A stretch of DNA of 64,000 nucleotides from Candidatus Microgenomates bacterium. GTDB taxonomy: Bacteria > Patescibacteriota > JACPGU01. Numbering within the stretch: position 1 is the first letter of the stretch; each line of letters opens with the position of its first letter. Both the position numbers and the translations under genes were made by a program. The stretch spans positions 123,106 through 187,105 of the forward strand of contig JACPGU010000001.1 in the NCBI GenBank assembly GCA_016188915.1, in the 5' to 3' direction. The notes under the pieces were generated by a model. The model was not told the DNA's origin. It worked only from the letters and a program-made list of their open reading frames with translations, and made no database searches. This document shows, piece after piece, positions 44,469 to 54,256 of this stretch.

Positions 44469-44741
44469 TTATTGCAATTTAGATGCTTCTCCCAATTTGA
44501 CTAGCCACTCGCCTATTACTGGCACTCCGCCAAATGAACGGATAATATAGGTCAAAATAGTAACAACCAGAGCTACGCCAATAATAGTCCCTAGACCAAA
44601 AGCCGTTCCGCGCAAAAAACTGAAAAGGAAGGTTTTCCAAGGGCTTTTGATAAAATTAACATATTCAGCAAAACTCGTTTCTTCAGTCAATTCGGTAATA
44701 TTTTGTTTTTCTCTTCTGTTGATTTTTTGTTTTTGATTCAT
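44469..44741 (-). CDS. small hypothetical membrane protein
   Basis: ORF with one TM segment. Confidence 0.35.
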   Translation of the reverse strand: MNQKQKINRREKQNITELTEETSFAEYVNFIKSPWKTFLFSFLRGTAFGLGTIIGVALVVTILTYIIRSFGGVPVIGEWLVKLGEASKLQ

Positions 44742-44742
44742 T

Positions 44743-45024
44743 TTAGCGACTATATTTTTTGATAGTTTTTTGTGCTTTTTTTACTATTTTTTTCCCTTGA
44801 CGGGCGGCTATTTTGGCAGTTTTTTTAGCTGTTTTGATATTTTTCTTCACTTCCGGACCATATTTTTTTTGTAATCTTTCCCCTTCTTTTACCGCTCGCT
44901 TTATCGCTTGTCTTGCTTTATTCTGCATTTGCTTACCCTTTTCCGGCGCTCCGAAAATACCAGCTGCCAATCCCAGCAATCCACCAAACAAAGCTCCTTT
45001 GAGAAAAGTTTTTGTTTTTGCCAT
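44743..45024 (-). CDS. YtxH-like protein
   Basis: FLKGALFGGLLGLAAGIFGAPEKGK N-terminus and a Lys-rich helical tail typical of YtxH. Confidence 0.5.
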   Translation of the reverse strand: MAKTKTFLKGALFGGLLGLAAGIFGAPEKGKQMQNKARQAIKRAVKEGERLQKKYGPEVKKNIKTAKKTAKIAARQGKKIVKKAQKTIKKYSR

Positions 45025-45098
45025 CTTTTTCTATCCTCCTACTAATTTTATTTTTATTTTACTAATTTTTTCCTAACGTTGAATGTTAGGAAAACTTT

Positions 45099-45446
45099 TT
45101 ATTCGTCTTCTTCATAGATTTCAACATTGGAAAAATTTTTCTTAGATGATTTTTTCTTTTTTTTCTCATCATTTATTTTTTTTGCGCCCAATCCTAAACT
45201 CACCACTCCCAAAATCGCTGGTACTATTTTGTCAATTACCAGAGAATTGGCAAAAAAAGATTTTGTTTTATCGGAGACTACTGTTATGGTATCACTAACC
45301 GACCCAATATCTTTTTGAAGACGATCGGTAATTTTTCTGACATCAATCATTATTTTTATCATGGCACCCAACGCCACGCAAACAAAAGCAATCAAAACAA
45401 CAAAACCAATAGTAAGGACAGTAATCAAGATATTTTCATTCGACAT
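45099..45446 (-). CDS. DUF948-like membrane protein
   Basis: N-terminal TM then helical region. Commonly paired with YtxH. Confidence 0.4.
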   Translation of the reverse strand: MSNENILITVLTIGFVVLIAFVCVALGAMIKIMIDVRKITDRLQKDIGSVSDTITVVSDKTKSFFANSLVIDKIVPAILGVVSLGLGAKKINDEKKKKKSSKKNFSNVEIYEEDE

Positions 45447-45508
45447 ATGGGTGATTTCTAATTTTTATTATATCCATATCTTCGCTAAAAGCAATGTCAA
45501 AATATTTT

Positions 45509-47107
45509 TTACCGCGCGCCCCAACTGACAATATCATCGGTGATACTGCTGATATTGGTAATCTTGCGCGAAGATAAATCCATCACCAAAAGATTACTAC
45601 CGGTGCCGCTTTTGGTTGTCATCGCCACTATTTTTTGGATATCAGGCCAAATAATATTTTGGTATTCTACTGGCTGGTCGGTTAGACGGTTTTCCCTGTC
45701 GGAATCTTTACCGATAGTAAAAAGCGCACCTTGGCCATCACGAATAGAGGAAAAAAGTATTCTCTCGCTATCTTTGCTCCAAGCGACATTATCTACCGCT
45801 ACCGAACTTTTGTAGATCTCTTCTTCTTTCTCGGTGATCAGACTATAGGAAAAAATCCGCGAGCTGAAATCAAAACCATCGCGCACATAGAGAATATTTT
45901 TCCCATCAGGAGAAAAACGCGGCAGAGCTTCGTAGTCAAAACTTGAGGTGATTTTCTTTTCAGTATATTTTTTTGTATTGATTAAAAAAATATCGCGCGA
46001 ATCGTCAGCAAAAGCCGCGTAGACTATCTGCGATCCGTCAGGTGAAATATCAATGTCAGACTCAAAAATATTATTGTCGGTCAATTTTTGCCAAGATTTG
46101 TCGTATAGCCCGACTAAATAAATCTCCGGCATAGCGTCACCAAAATTTCTCCCCAAAAAAGTCGCGTACTGTCCATTGCGACTGACAGCAAAATCGCCTT
46201 CCGGCAAAATTTCTCTGCTGATTCTTTGTGGTTCATGACTGCCATCAATATCGGCAACGTAAAGCGCTATGTTTTTGGCAGATGTGGCTGTGGGATTTTC
46301 TAAAGTAGAATAAAAAACTATTTTTTTGCCATCAGGTGTCAGGTGACCGCCCCAAGATTCTCCACCCCAACGCCCTGTGATATTGGCAAGACCCGTGCCA
46401 TCATAATTGATAGTATAAATATTTTTCTTACCTTCGCGCATGGAGGTAAAAGATAATTTGCCATAAGGAGTGAGTGCGATTTCTTTTTTATTTTTTTCCA
46501 GAATCGCCCGACTACTCTCATTGGCGATAGTAACGATTTCTTCTTTGTCCCAAAAATCTATAGCGCTGATTTTGATTATTTGATCGCCCGTTCCCACATC
46601 AGTAAAATCGAAAGCTCCTTGATCATTGGTGGTGGTTTTTTGGCCATCTATCTCTACTTGCGCGCCCCCAATCGGTCTTTTATCAAAATTGTTTATTACC
46701 ACTCCAATCAAAGCACCAGAAAAGGCGGGATCGCGCTTCATGAATATTTTTCTTAAAGAAGTATTTTTGCGCCAAATTAAAACATTTTTTTCTTGCGTGT
46801 AGAATTGTTTTTTACTGATAATTAATTTTTGTTTTCCGTAGGCTAATTGAGGAAAAGTAAAATTACCATAAACATCGGTGGTAGTCTCTTCCTCCCCTAT
46901 TTTCACTACCGCGTCATAAACGGGAGAATTTTTATATATTATTGTTCCTACGACTTTGGCTGTTCCGTTCCTTTTTTCTGCCGTATTAAAAAAATAAAAA
47001 AGCCAAACGAAAGATACAGCGATGATTATAATCGCCAAAAAAACTAGTCGTCTAATCAAAGAATAATTGACAAAACTACCGCCCAAGCGACGGATAATAG
47101 TTAGCAT
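45509..47107 (-). CDS. TolB-like beta-propeller (PD40 repeat) protein with carboxypeptidase-regulatory-like domains
   Basis: N-terminal TM. Two segments resembling CarboxypepD_reg (GTIIYKNSPVYDAVVKI..., GVVINNFDKRPIGGAQVEI...). Repeated FSPDGK-type PD40 motifs. Confidence 0.6.
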   Translation of the reverse strand: MLTIIRRLGGSFVNYSLIRRLVFLAIIIIAVSFVWLFYFFNTAEKRNGTAKVVGTIIYKNSPVYDAVVKIGEEETTTDVYGNFTFPQLAYGKQKLIISKKQFYTQEKNVLIWRKNTSLRKIFMKRDPAFSGALIGVVINNFDKRPIGGAQVEIDGQKTTTNDQGAFDFTDVGTGDQIIKISAIDFWDKEEIVTIANESSRAILEKNKKEIALTPYGKLSFTSMREGKKNIYTINYDGTGLANITGRWGGESWGGHLTPDGKKIVFYSTLENPTATSAKNIALYVADIDGSHEPQRISREILPEGDFAVSRNGQYATFLGRNFGDAMPEIYLVGLYDKSWQKLTDNNIFESDIDISPDGSQIVYAAFADDSRDIFLINTKKYTEKKITSSFDYEALPRFSPDGKNILYVRDGFDFSSRIFSYSLITEKEEEIYKSSVAVDNVAWSKDSERILFSSIRDGQGALFTIGKDSDRENRLTDQPVEYQNIIWPDIQKIVAMTTKSGTGSNLLVMDLSSRKITNISSITDDIVSWGAR

Positions 47108-47240
47108 AGCCCTCCCTTGTAATACAAAAAGCGCGAATTATGAATTATGAAGTATAAAGTATTTAGCAAGTATTGATTTCATTATATTATCTCAAGGAAA
47201 AATCGCAAGAGAAAGATTCGAGATTTTAGATTGTATATTT

Positions 47241-48206
47241 TTAGATTTCAGATTTTAGATTTATGAATCCACCGATAATCTCTTCTGTTTCTTTATAGTC
47301 TTTCGCCTCCATCAGTTTCTTCCGCAGATCGCTTGCTCCGGGAAAATCCGCGCAATAAATCTTGAAAAACTTTTTCATCTTGGCGAATTTCACCCCTTTG
47401 CCCCAAAATTTTTCAAATAATTTCGCATGCTCAATTGCGAGCTTTAATTTTTTAATTTTTTGGTTTTTTACTTTCTTATTTTCAAAAATCCAAGGATTTT
47501 TGAATATCCCTCTCCCAATCATCACGCCATCACAACCGGTTTTTTCGGCCAAAGCCTTCCCTTCTTCAATTGAGCCGACATCGCCATTGCCGATGATCAA
47601 AACTCCCGAACCCTTGGCGATTTCCACCGCGTCTTTTATCCTCTCCCAACGCGCCGGCACCTTGGACATTTCTTTTCTTGTTCGCGCGTGAATAATGATG
47701 GCTTCTGGTTTTTCGGCGAGGAGTTCGGGCAGCCATTCTTCCAAAATATCGGTATTAAATCCCAGCCGTGTCTTGATAGACAAAGGAAGATTCGGCGCGC
47801 CGGCTTTGGCCGCCCTTATTATCTCGCGCGCCAATTGCGGATTTTTCATCAGCGCCGCGCCCGCGCCTTGTTTTTCTATTGTTTTGTCCGGACAACCCAT
47901 ATTGATATCCAGCCCGTCAAAGCCGAGCTTTGCCACCAAACGCGCCGCCTCTTCCATTTTTTCTGGATTGGCCGTAAAAAGCTGGGCGATAATTGGTCTT
48001 TCCTGTTCTGTAAATCGCAAATTTTTCAAAAGCTTTTTTCGACCCACCGAGCACAGCCCATTGGCCGAAACGAATTCGGTATAGAGCACATCCGGCTTGC
48101 CGAAACGCACCACCATTTGCCGAAAAACCGGATCAGTCACATCCGCCATCGGAGCCAAGACGAAAAAAGGCTTCGGTAATTTGTGCCAAAAAGATTTATT
48201 TGCCAT
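47241..48206 (-). CDS. tRNA-dihydrouridine synthase
   Basis: FVLAPMADVTDPVFR, LDINMGCP, Dus TIM-barrel signature. Confidence 0.85.
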   Translation of the reverse strand: MANKSFWHKLPKPFFVLAPMADVTDPVFRQMVVRFGKPDVLYTEFVSANGLCSVGRKKLLKNLRFTEQERPIIAQLFTANPEKMEEAARLVAKLGFDGLDINMGCPDKTIEKQGAGAALMKNPQLAREIIRAAKAGAPNLPLSIKTRLGFNTDILEEWLPELLAEKPEAIIIHARTRKEMSKVPARWERIKDAVEIAKGSGVLIIGNGDVGSIEEGKALAEKTGCDGVMIGRGIFKNPWIFENKKVKNQKIKKLKLAIEHAKLFEKFWGKGVKFAKMKKFFKIYCADFPGASDLRKKLMEAKDYKETEEIIGGFINLKSEI

Positions 48207-48284
48207 TGGGAAATTATAGCAAAAAAACTATCTCCTGACCATCAAAATTCCCCGCCGTAAGCGGGGAATTTTTCGAAAAAGCAA

Positions 48285-49016
48285 TTATGATAACAGACGC
48301 TCTGCCAGAGCCTCTAGCACCGCGTCAAAAACTTCATCCGGTGTTTTGTCGTCAACCGGAATAACAATGAAACGTCTGCCGTCATATCGCGCTTGCGCCA
48401 GATAACCCTGGCGAACTTTCTCGTGATAATCCAGCCCTAGTTTTTCGTAAGAAGACCCGCCATCGTTTCTGGCTCTGGCGCGAGCAAGCCCCGTTTCAGG
48501 CGATATATCCAGGTATATCACGAAATCTGGTAGCCGACCTGACAGCGAAAGACGGACGGCGCTCATCACCTCAGAGAGAGACAATCCTCCAGCGAAATGC
48601 TGATAAGCCACCGAAGAAGCGTATGAGCGGTCAGAAAAAACCATTCCTCCCACCTCGAGCATCGGCTTGATCAGCCCTTCGTAAATTAAACATCTGGCCG
48701 CGCTGAAAAGATACAATTCCGCTCTTGACTCTAATTTGTGCGTCTTGATGATTTCGTAAATTTTGGCGCCAACCTCCGTGCTTTTCGGCTCGGAAACGAA
48801 GACGATGTCGTCAGGAAATGGGGCAAAGAGCTTTTTTATCCTCTCTATTACCGTCCCCTTGCCCGCGCCGTCACCGCCCTCTATGGCGATGTAGATGCCT
48901 TCTCGCTCCTTGGCTTTTGCGACCAACTGCTTGACGAAATTGCTTTGCAAACGGCGCCTTCCTGCCGGAAACATGCGAAGTAAAGCGCCCCACACACTTT
49001 TGATATTAAGGTTCAT
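48285..49016 (-). CDS. tmk: thymidylate kinase
   Basis: IAIEGGDGAGKGT P-loop, DRS motif. GGAGG RBS before ATG at 49016. Confidence 0.8.
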   Translation of the reverse strand: MNLNIKSVWGALLRMFPAGRRRLQSNFVKQLVAKAKEREGIYIAIEGGDGAGKGTVIERIKKLFAPFPDDIVFVSEPKSTEVGAKIYEIIKTHKLESRAELYLFSAARCLIYEGLIKPMLEVGGMVFSDRSYASSVAYQHFAGGLSLSEVMSAVRLSLSGRLPDFVIYLDISPETGLARARARNDGGSSYEKLGLDYHEKVRQGYLAQARYDGRRFIVIPVDDKTPDEVFDAVLEALAERLLS

Positions 49017-49104
49017 ACTCCCTCTCCCTCCGAAAAAAAAGATTGAGGGCGCGCCCTCTGCGCGTATTATAACCAAATCACCGAGCAAAAATCAAGCCGA
49101 AATG

Positions 49105-49151
49105 CTAGGACACGACGTTCGACGTCGTGTCCCCAATTCGACGTCGTGTCC
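49105..49151. repeat. palindromic repeat family 1, copy 3 (with partial tandem duplication of one arm)
   Basis: CTAGGACACGACGTTCGACGTCGTGTCC followed by CCAATTCGACGTCGTGTCCCC. Confidence 0.7.
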
Positions 49152-49168
49152 CCAAATTTTTCTTAAGT

Positions 49169-49204
49169 AAAAACCCGACCGTCAAATCACGGCCGGGTTT
49201 TTTG
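49169..49204 (-). terminator. hairpin terminator flanked by A-run and T-run (bidirectional)
   Basis: CCCGACCG-TCAAATCA-CGGCCGGG then TTTTTT. Confidence 0.45.
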
Positions 49205-49226
49205 CTTGGATGCTTCATCCAGAGAA

Positions 49227-50099
49227 TCATTTCCCTAGATTTTTCTGAAAAATTATTAGCGCTTCTTCTAATGCCCATTCAGGATTTTCAGAAGAAAAAT
49301 TCTCAAAATTTAAATCTCGGCGAAACCGATCGGACAAGGCCGCCAGCCCCGCCAAAATTGTCAATTGCTGAGCAGGATTGTCCATATTGTGACCACCGAA
49401 CTGGTAACCCTCATTCTTGGTGACATGGCCATTCATGGGGTTAATGCCACAGGCGTCTCCCGGACAACTGACATTGAGCCAGCCCGTGTCATAATCAATA
49501 GAGGCGCGGAAGTTATATTTCTCAAACTTGCTTAGCGGTCCATACATTCTCCGATGAGCCCGAATCATCGCCTCTACCATTTCCGGACGAGAGGTCTGAG
49601 CCGGAAAAGAACTAAGATATCGTCCCAGACTTAGACTGAAATCGCCACTTATGGATCCTCCGTGCATATCTTTCAAAGTGGCGAAATCGATCGTCATGAT
49701 TTGTGGCTCCTTGGATGAGGTATTCTCCTTCGGATGAAAGGCCCAGAAGCCAAAGAAGCATAGACTGGCCGAAATGGCAAAGGCTTCTTGGTAGTCACAC
49801 CAAAAATCGTATCCACCTCCTTCGCAACAGGGGCATCTTCCTTCGTGATACGGATGCTTTTTGCTCCCTCCGCAGAACCGACACTTTTCTTCCGTTCGTT
49901 TTTTCACCCTCGGAATAAGAGCGGAAAGCACGATGAAATCTTTTGGTTGCCTTTTTACCGGAACAAAAGCGCCATCAAAGCCAAAACCTTGGCTAAAGTC
50001 AGAACAAAATGCCTGAAAGCCAAATTTTTTTTTGAAATCTGCGATGATAGGCGCTTGAGGCGCACTCTTTTGCCGTCCCAAGAAAAACGGTACCAGCAC
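49227..50099 (-). CDS. hypothetical Cys-containing protein, higher GC; 5' region overlaps an alternative frame (possible frameshift)
   Basis: CRFCGGSKKHPYHEGRCPCCEGGGY cluster, no known domain. Overlapping ORF 49955-50245 in another frame across an A9 run. Confidence 0.35.
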   Translation of the reverse strand: MLVPFFLGRQKSAPQAPIIADFKKKFGFQAFCSDFSQGFGFDGAFVPVKRQPKDFIVLSALIPRVKKRTEEKCRFCGGSKKHPYHEGRCPCCEGGGYDFWCDYQEAFAISASLCFFGFWAFHPKENTSSKEPQIMTIDFATLKDMHGGSISGDFSLSLGRYLSSFPAQTSRPEMVEAMIRAHRRMYGPLSKFEKYNFRASIDYDTGWLNVSCPGDACGINPMNGHVTKNEGYQFGGHNMDNPAQQLTILAGLAALSDRFRRDLNFENFSSENPEWALEEALIIFQKNLGK

Positions 50100-50257
50100 G
50101 GTCTATCGGCGTAGCGAATGTTGACTATATCTCCCATGGCGATCCCGCCCTTTCTTTTTGGATTTTTAAGGCGACAAAAACCAAGCCCTCCGAGAGCTTG
50201 GTCAATTGTTAGCTTAATTATAACAAAGAAAATCTCCCGCCACAATCTAAAACAGAT

Positions 50258-52498
50258 TTAGCCTCTTTTTTTAATCCGCAAACTATTGACTACCACCGAC
50301 ACGGAAGAAAAGGCCATGGCTCCCGCCGCAATCATCGGACTCAAGAGCCCTACCGCCGCCAGTGGAATAGCCGCCGCATTGTAGGCAAAGGCCCAGAAAA
50401 GATTTTGCTGTATAACACGAAAAGTTTTTTGCGAAAGAGCAATCGCTTCTACCACCTTCATCGGACTGCCTTTGACAATCACGATGTTGCCCGCTTCAAT
50501 GGCGATGTCCGTTCCCGTTCCCATGGCGATGCCGAAATCTGATTGCGCCAAAGCCGGCGCGTCGTTGATACCATCGCCGATAAAAGCGATTTTCTTCCCC
50601 TCCTCCTGCAATTTTTTGACAATAGCCGCTTTTTCCTGTGGCAGAACTTCGGCAAAAATCTGATCTATTTTAAGTTCTCGGCCGATAGCTTCGGCGGTTT
50701 TTTGATTGTCGCCGGTAATCATTATTGCCGCGATATTTTTATTTTTTAATTGTCTGATCGCTTCTACCGCGTCCGGCTTTACCGTGTCGGCGATAGCGAC
50801 AAGACCCAAAATCTCTTTTTCTCTGACAATCATCACCACTGTCTTGGCTTCAGCTTGGAGTTTCCGCAAAAAAGTTTCATCCTTCAATTTTACGCCCAAT
50901 TCTTCCGCCATTTTCTCGTTGCCTACCGCCACCTGTTTCCCGCCAATAAATCCTTTAACTCCCTTGCCGGCCACATTTTCAAATTTTTCCACTTCCAGCA
51001 ATTTCACTCCGTCTTTCTCCGCCCTCTCCACGATCGCTCGCGCCAGAGGATGGTCAGAATTTTTGTCGAGCGAGGCGGCTACTGTCAGCACACCCCGAGG
51101 AGACACCTCGGGGCTCCCCGAGGTGTCTCCTCGGGGGATAACAACGATATCCGTTACCACCGGCTTCCCCTCCGTCAGGGTCCCGGTTTTGTCAAAAATC
51201 ACCGCGTCAATTTTTTTGCCTTTTTCTAAAGACTCGCCGTTTTTGATGAGGATTCCTTTTTTCGCTCCCAGCCCTGTCCCGACCATGATGGCCGTAGGCG
51301 TAGCCAGACCGAGCGCGCAAGGACAAGCGATGACCAAGACCGCCACGGCTGGCACGAAAGCGGAAGCGATGTCACCTGTCGCCCAATACCAAATGCCAAA
51401 AGTAATAATAGCAATCAAGAAAACCACCGGCACAAAGATAGAAGAGATCTTGTCCGCCAATTTTTGAATCGGCGCTTTTTGCGTCTGCGCGTCAGAGACC
51501 ATTTGGACGATTTGGGAGAGGACAGTTTCAGCCCCCACCTTGGTCGCTTTCATAATAATCACGCCGTTGATATTGATGGTGGCGGCAAAAACTCCATCGA
51601 AGATATTTTTTTCTACCGGCATACTCTCGCCGGTCAGCATAGATTCATCAATAGTCGTCTCTCCTTTTGTAATTTCTCCGTCAGTCGGGATTTTTTCACC
51701 CGGCAAAACACGCAGGGTGTCTCCTACTTGCACTTGTTCAATCGGAATCTCTTTTTCTTGGTCACCTTCTACTAGTCGCGCGGTCTTGGCGCCCAATTTC
51801 AGCAATTTCTCAATCGCCTCACTCGCTTGTCCGCGACTTTTGGCTTCAAAATAGCGCCCTAGTAAAATCAGCGCCGTAATCACCGCGCCGATTTCAAAAT
51901 ACAGGTCCTTTCCTCCGGAAGACAATTCCCAAAAGCTAAAGATCAGAGCCGCCAAAGTACCGACAGAAATCAGCGTATTCATATCGGCGGAAAAATAGCG
52001 TAATTGTTTGGCCGCGCCACGGTGAAATTCCCAACCGATGACAAGAATGACGACGGTGGACAATACTGCTTCAATAATCATGCTGGCGTTGAAACCAAAA
52101 TACTCCCAGGGCAATTCTATTTTGCCCATGGCTATAATCAGTGGCGGTAAGGCTAGAATAAGCGCGATAATTGCCCTGTTTCTGGCTTTCAAAGTTTCAG
52201 CCGATCCCGAAGGATGGTGATGGGAGTGGTCCGCCTTATGAGACGAAGCATGCCTGCCCGCCGAAATGGAGGGCTTCGTCTCTACATGATCCATTACGGC
52301 TTTGTAGCCAACCTTTGCTACTGCCTGATGGAGATCGTGTTCGGAAGCCAGATTTTCGTCAAATTCTACCGTGGCGCTCCGCAACGCCAGATTGACCGAA
52401 GCGGATTTGACGCCCGGCACTTTTTGTAGCGCTTTTTCGTTTTTTAGAACACAGCTGGCGCAATGCAAACCCTCAATGGCAAAAGTTGTTTTTTTCAT
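50258..52498 (-). CDS. copA: copper-translocating P-type ATPase
   Basis: N-terminal HMA (GLHCASC), CPC in TM6, DKTGTLT, GDGINDAP. Carries an in-frame 44-nt palindromic insertion. Confidence 0.92.
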   Translation of the reverse strand: MKKTTFAIEGLHCASCVLKNEKALQKVPGVKSASVNLALRSATVEFDENLASEHDLHQAVAKVGYKAVMDHVETKPSISAGRHASSHKADHSHHHPSGSAETLKARNRAIIALILALPPLIIAMGKIELPWEYFGFNASMIIEAVLSTVVILVIGWEFHRGAAKQLRYFSADMNTLISVGTLAALIFSFWELSSGGKDLYFEIGAVITALILLGRYFEAKSRGQASEAIEKLLKLGAKTARLVEGDQEKEIPIEQVQVGDTLRVLPGEKIPTDGEITKGETTIDESMLTGESMPVEKNIFDGVFAATININGVIIMKATKVGAETVLSQIVQMVSDAQTQKAPIQKLADKISSIFVPVVFLIAIITFGIWYWATGDIASAFVPAVAVLVIACPCALGLATPTAIMVGTGLGAKKGILIKNGESLEKGKKIDAVIFDKTGTLTEGKPVVTDIVVIPRGDTSGSPEVSPRGVLTVAASLDKNSDHPLARAIVERAEKDGVKLLEVEKFENVAGKGVKGFIGGKQVAVGNEKMAEELGVKLKDETFLRKLQAEAKTVVMIVREKEILGLVAIADTVKPDAVEAIRQLKNKNIAAIMITGDNQKTAEAIGRELKIDQIFAEVLPQEKAAIVKKLQEEGKKIAFIGDGINDAPALAQSDFGIAMGTGTDIAIEAGNIVIVKGSPMKVVEAIALSQKTFRVIQQNLFWAFAYNAAAIPLAAVGLLSPMIAAGAMAFSSVSVVVNSLRIKKRG
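51093..51136. repeat. 44-nt perfect palindrome inside copA coding sequence (CCCCGAGGAGACACCTCGGGG-CT-CCCCGAGGTGTCTCCTCGGGG)
   Basis: Seen directly. Encodes PRGDTSGSPEVSPRG between DKTGTLTEGKP and the N-domain. Confidence 0.8.
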
Positions 52499-52764
52499 GA
52501 TGTGTATATTTTACTTTTAACAACGATTAAGTCTTCTAAGTATATTCCTACTGTCAATTTCTAAATCCTAATTTCTAATTTCTAAACAAACCTTAAATCC
52601 TAAAACCCAATTACAGAAACGCTCGCTCTTTAAGGTTCGACCTCCCTCCAGAGGCGGGCGAGTAAACAGCCAATTCTCAAGGTCGAACCTTTTCTCGCTC
52701 GCTTAATTTCTCCCGCCTCCTTTATCCAAATATATTGTTGGCGGGACCCCGCCAAAGGCGGTGG

Positions 52765-54117
52765 TTAATTTCTAACTTCAAATCCCGCTCCCGGCGTCGT
52801 CATCCCCATCGCGCAGTAAAAGGGATAAAATCCGGGCTTGGGAAAATTGAGCTTGATGGTTTTCGTACCCTTTTGTGGCAAAATTTCTTGAATATCCAAA
52901 TCAGGCAAAATCAAAATCCGCGCGCAACCGGCGGCATTAGCGCCATCCACCACCCACTCAATATCCGTATTGGCAAGAACGGTAAAATTGGCTGGAAAAT
53001 AATCGTAGCCCTCTACCTTCATTTTTACTTTGTTTTTGATAGTTGTATTATCCTCCTTTTCTCCTATCTTTGGCAAATTAAACGAAACTGGAGTTTCCGC
53101 CTTGGCCAAAATTTTTCCCACCCCCAAGAGATTGGCTCCGCCATTTAGACCAAATATCCCCAACACGATGACGATAAGACCTGCCGTCGTAACAAAATAT
53201 CTTTTGGCTGTCCCTTGCAGAAAATTAGCCATCGCCCCCACTGAAAGCAGACCCGGCAGAGTCCCTAGCGCAAAGATTCCCATGGTCAGCATACCGAGAA
53301 CGAATCCGCCTTGCGACAAAACATAGAGCTGGAGCGCTTGTGTGAATCCGCAAGGCAGGAAGAAGGTAAGGGCTCCCAAAACAAAAGGCTTCGCGCCTCC
53401 ACTTTTTGCTTGATGATGAGAAAAATGACCGAAAATTTTTGGCATTTTCAACCCCAAAAGCCCAAGTTTCGGGAAGATGCCCAACATTTGTACGCCCAAA
53501 ATCATCATGGCGAAAGAAGCGATGATGGTAATCAGACCGCTCATCTTTGGCGAGAGAGAAAAGCTACTTCCCAGGACCCCCACTAAACCACCCAGTAAGG
53601 AGTAAGAGATGATCCGACCGAAGTTGAAAGACAGTTGCGCGCGCCACAGAAAACTTTTTTTCATCCCTTGCTCCAAGAGACGGGTGGAGATAGAAACCAA
53701 AAGTCCGCCGGTGACCGCCATGCAAGTGGAAAAAGCGGCGACTAACCCCAGGAGAAAAACGAATCCATAGCTCATTTCTTCTTTGATGCCGAAGCCTTCC
53801 GGCAATAGATCTAATTTTTTGAGCAAAATGTAAACAGAAAGAAGCAGTAACGCCAGCGCTCCGATCTCGCTCCAGCGATTGACTGACGGCGTCGTCTTGA
53901 GACTCTCTCCTTCGCGAAAAACCCGGTAGTCCGTATCAGCCAAAAGACTATTTAATTTGGCCAGATCCGGCTCGCGCTCCGCGTAGATTTTTAAGCCTCC
54001 CAGAGCCGTGCTGGCGCGCGCCTTGACTGCTCCGGGAAGTGTCATCGCCACCTTTTCTAAAGTGATTTCACAAGCGGCGCAATGCATGCCGGAGACTTTG
54101 AATTTATATTTTTGCAT
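52765..54117 (-). CDS. HMA-domain membrane protein (TauE/SafE-like permease core) with C-terminal cupredoxin-like segment
   Basis: N-terminal GMHCAACE HMA motif, about 8 TM segments, C-terminal YPFYCAMGM. Confidence 0.55.
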   Translation of the reverse strand: MQKYKFKVSGMHCAACEITLEKVAMTLPGAVKARASTALGGLKIYAEREPDLAKLNSLLADTDYRVFREGESLKTTPSVNRWSEIGALALLLLSVYILLKKLDLLPEGFGIKEEMSYGFVFLLGLVAAFSTCMAVTGGLLVSISTRLLEQGMKKSFLWRAQLSFNFGRIISYSLLGGLVGVLGSSFSLSPKMSGLITIIASFAMMILGVQMLGIFPKLGLLGLKMPKIFGHFSHHQAKSGGAKPFVLGALTFFLPCGFTQALQLYVLSQGGFVLGMLTMGIFALGTLPGLLSVGAMANFLQGTAKRYFVTTAGLIVIVLGIFGLNGGANLLGVGKILAKAETPVSFNLPKIGEKEDNTTIKNKVKMKVEGYDYFPANFTVLANTDIEWVVDGANAAGCARILILPDLDIQEILPQKGTKTIKLNFPKPGFYPFYCAMGMTTPGAGFEVRN

Positions 54118-54149
54118 ATAGAGTATTGATGATTATTTTACGAGAGTTA

Positions 54150-54195
54150 CGAAGGAGAGACCTTCGGATCCTCTGAGTCGAAGGTCTCTCCTTCG
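54150..54195. promoter_or_regulatory. 17-bp perfect inverted repeat (CGAAGGAGAGACCTTCG-N12-CGAAGGTCTCTCCTTCG) upstream of the HMA-membrane gene; candidate metalloregulator operator
   Basis: Perfect IR 35-80 bp upstream of the minus-strand start at 54117. Confidence 0.5.
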
Positions 54196-54256
54196 TGGGA
54201 AATCTTAAGCAACGCAAAAAGGCGTATTCAAATACGTCAAAGAAAATCAGGAGAAC

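Noticed and set aside
52600-52700. tRNA gene suggested by GGTTCGACC (T-loop-like) in the copA upstream region
   Set aside because: The T-loop-like segment is central rather than 3'-proximal and no acceptor/D/anticodon arms can be formed. It is part of an inverted-repeat regulatory region.
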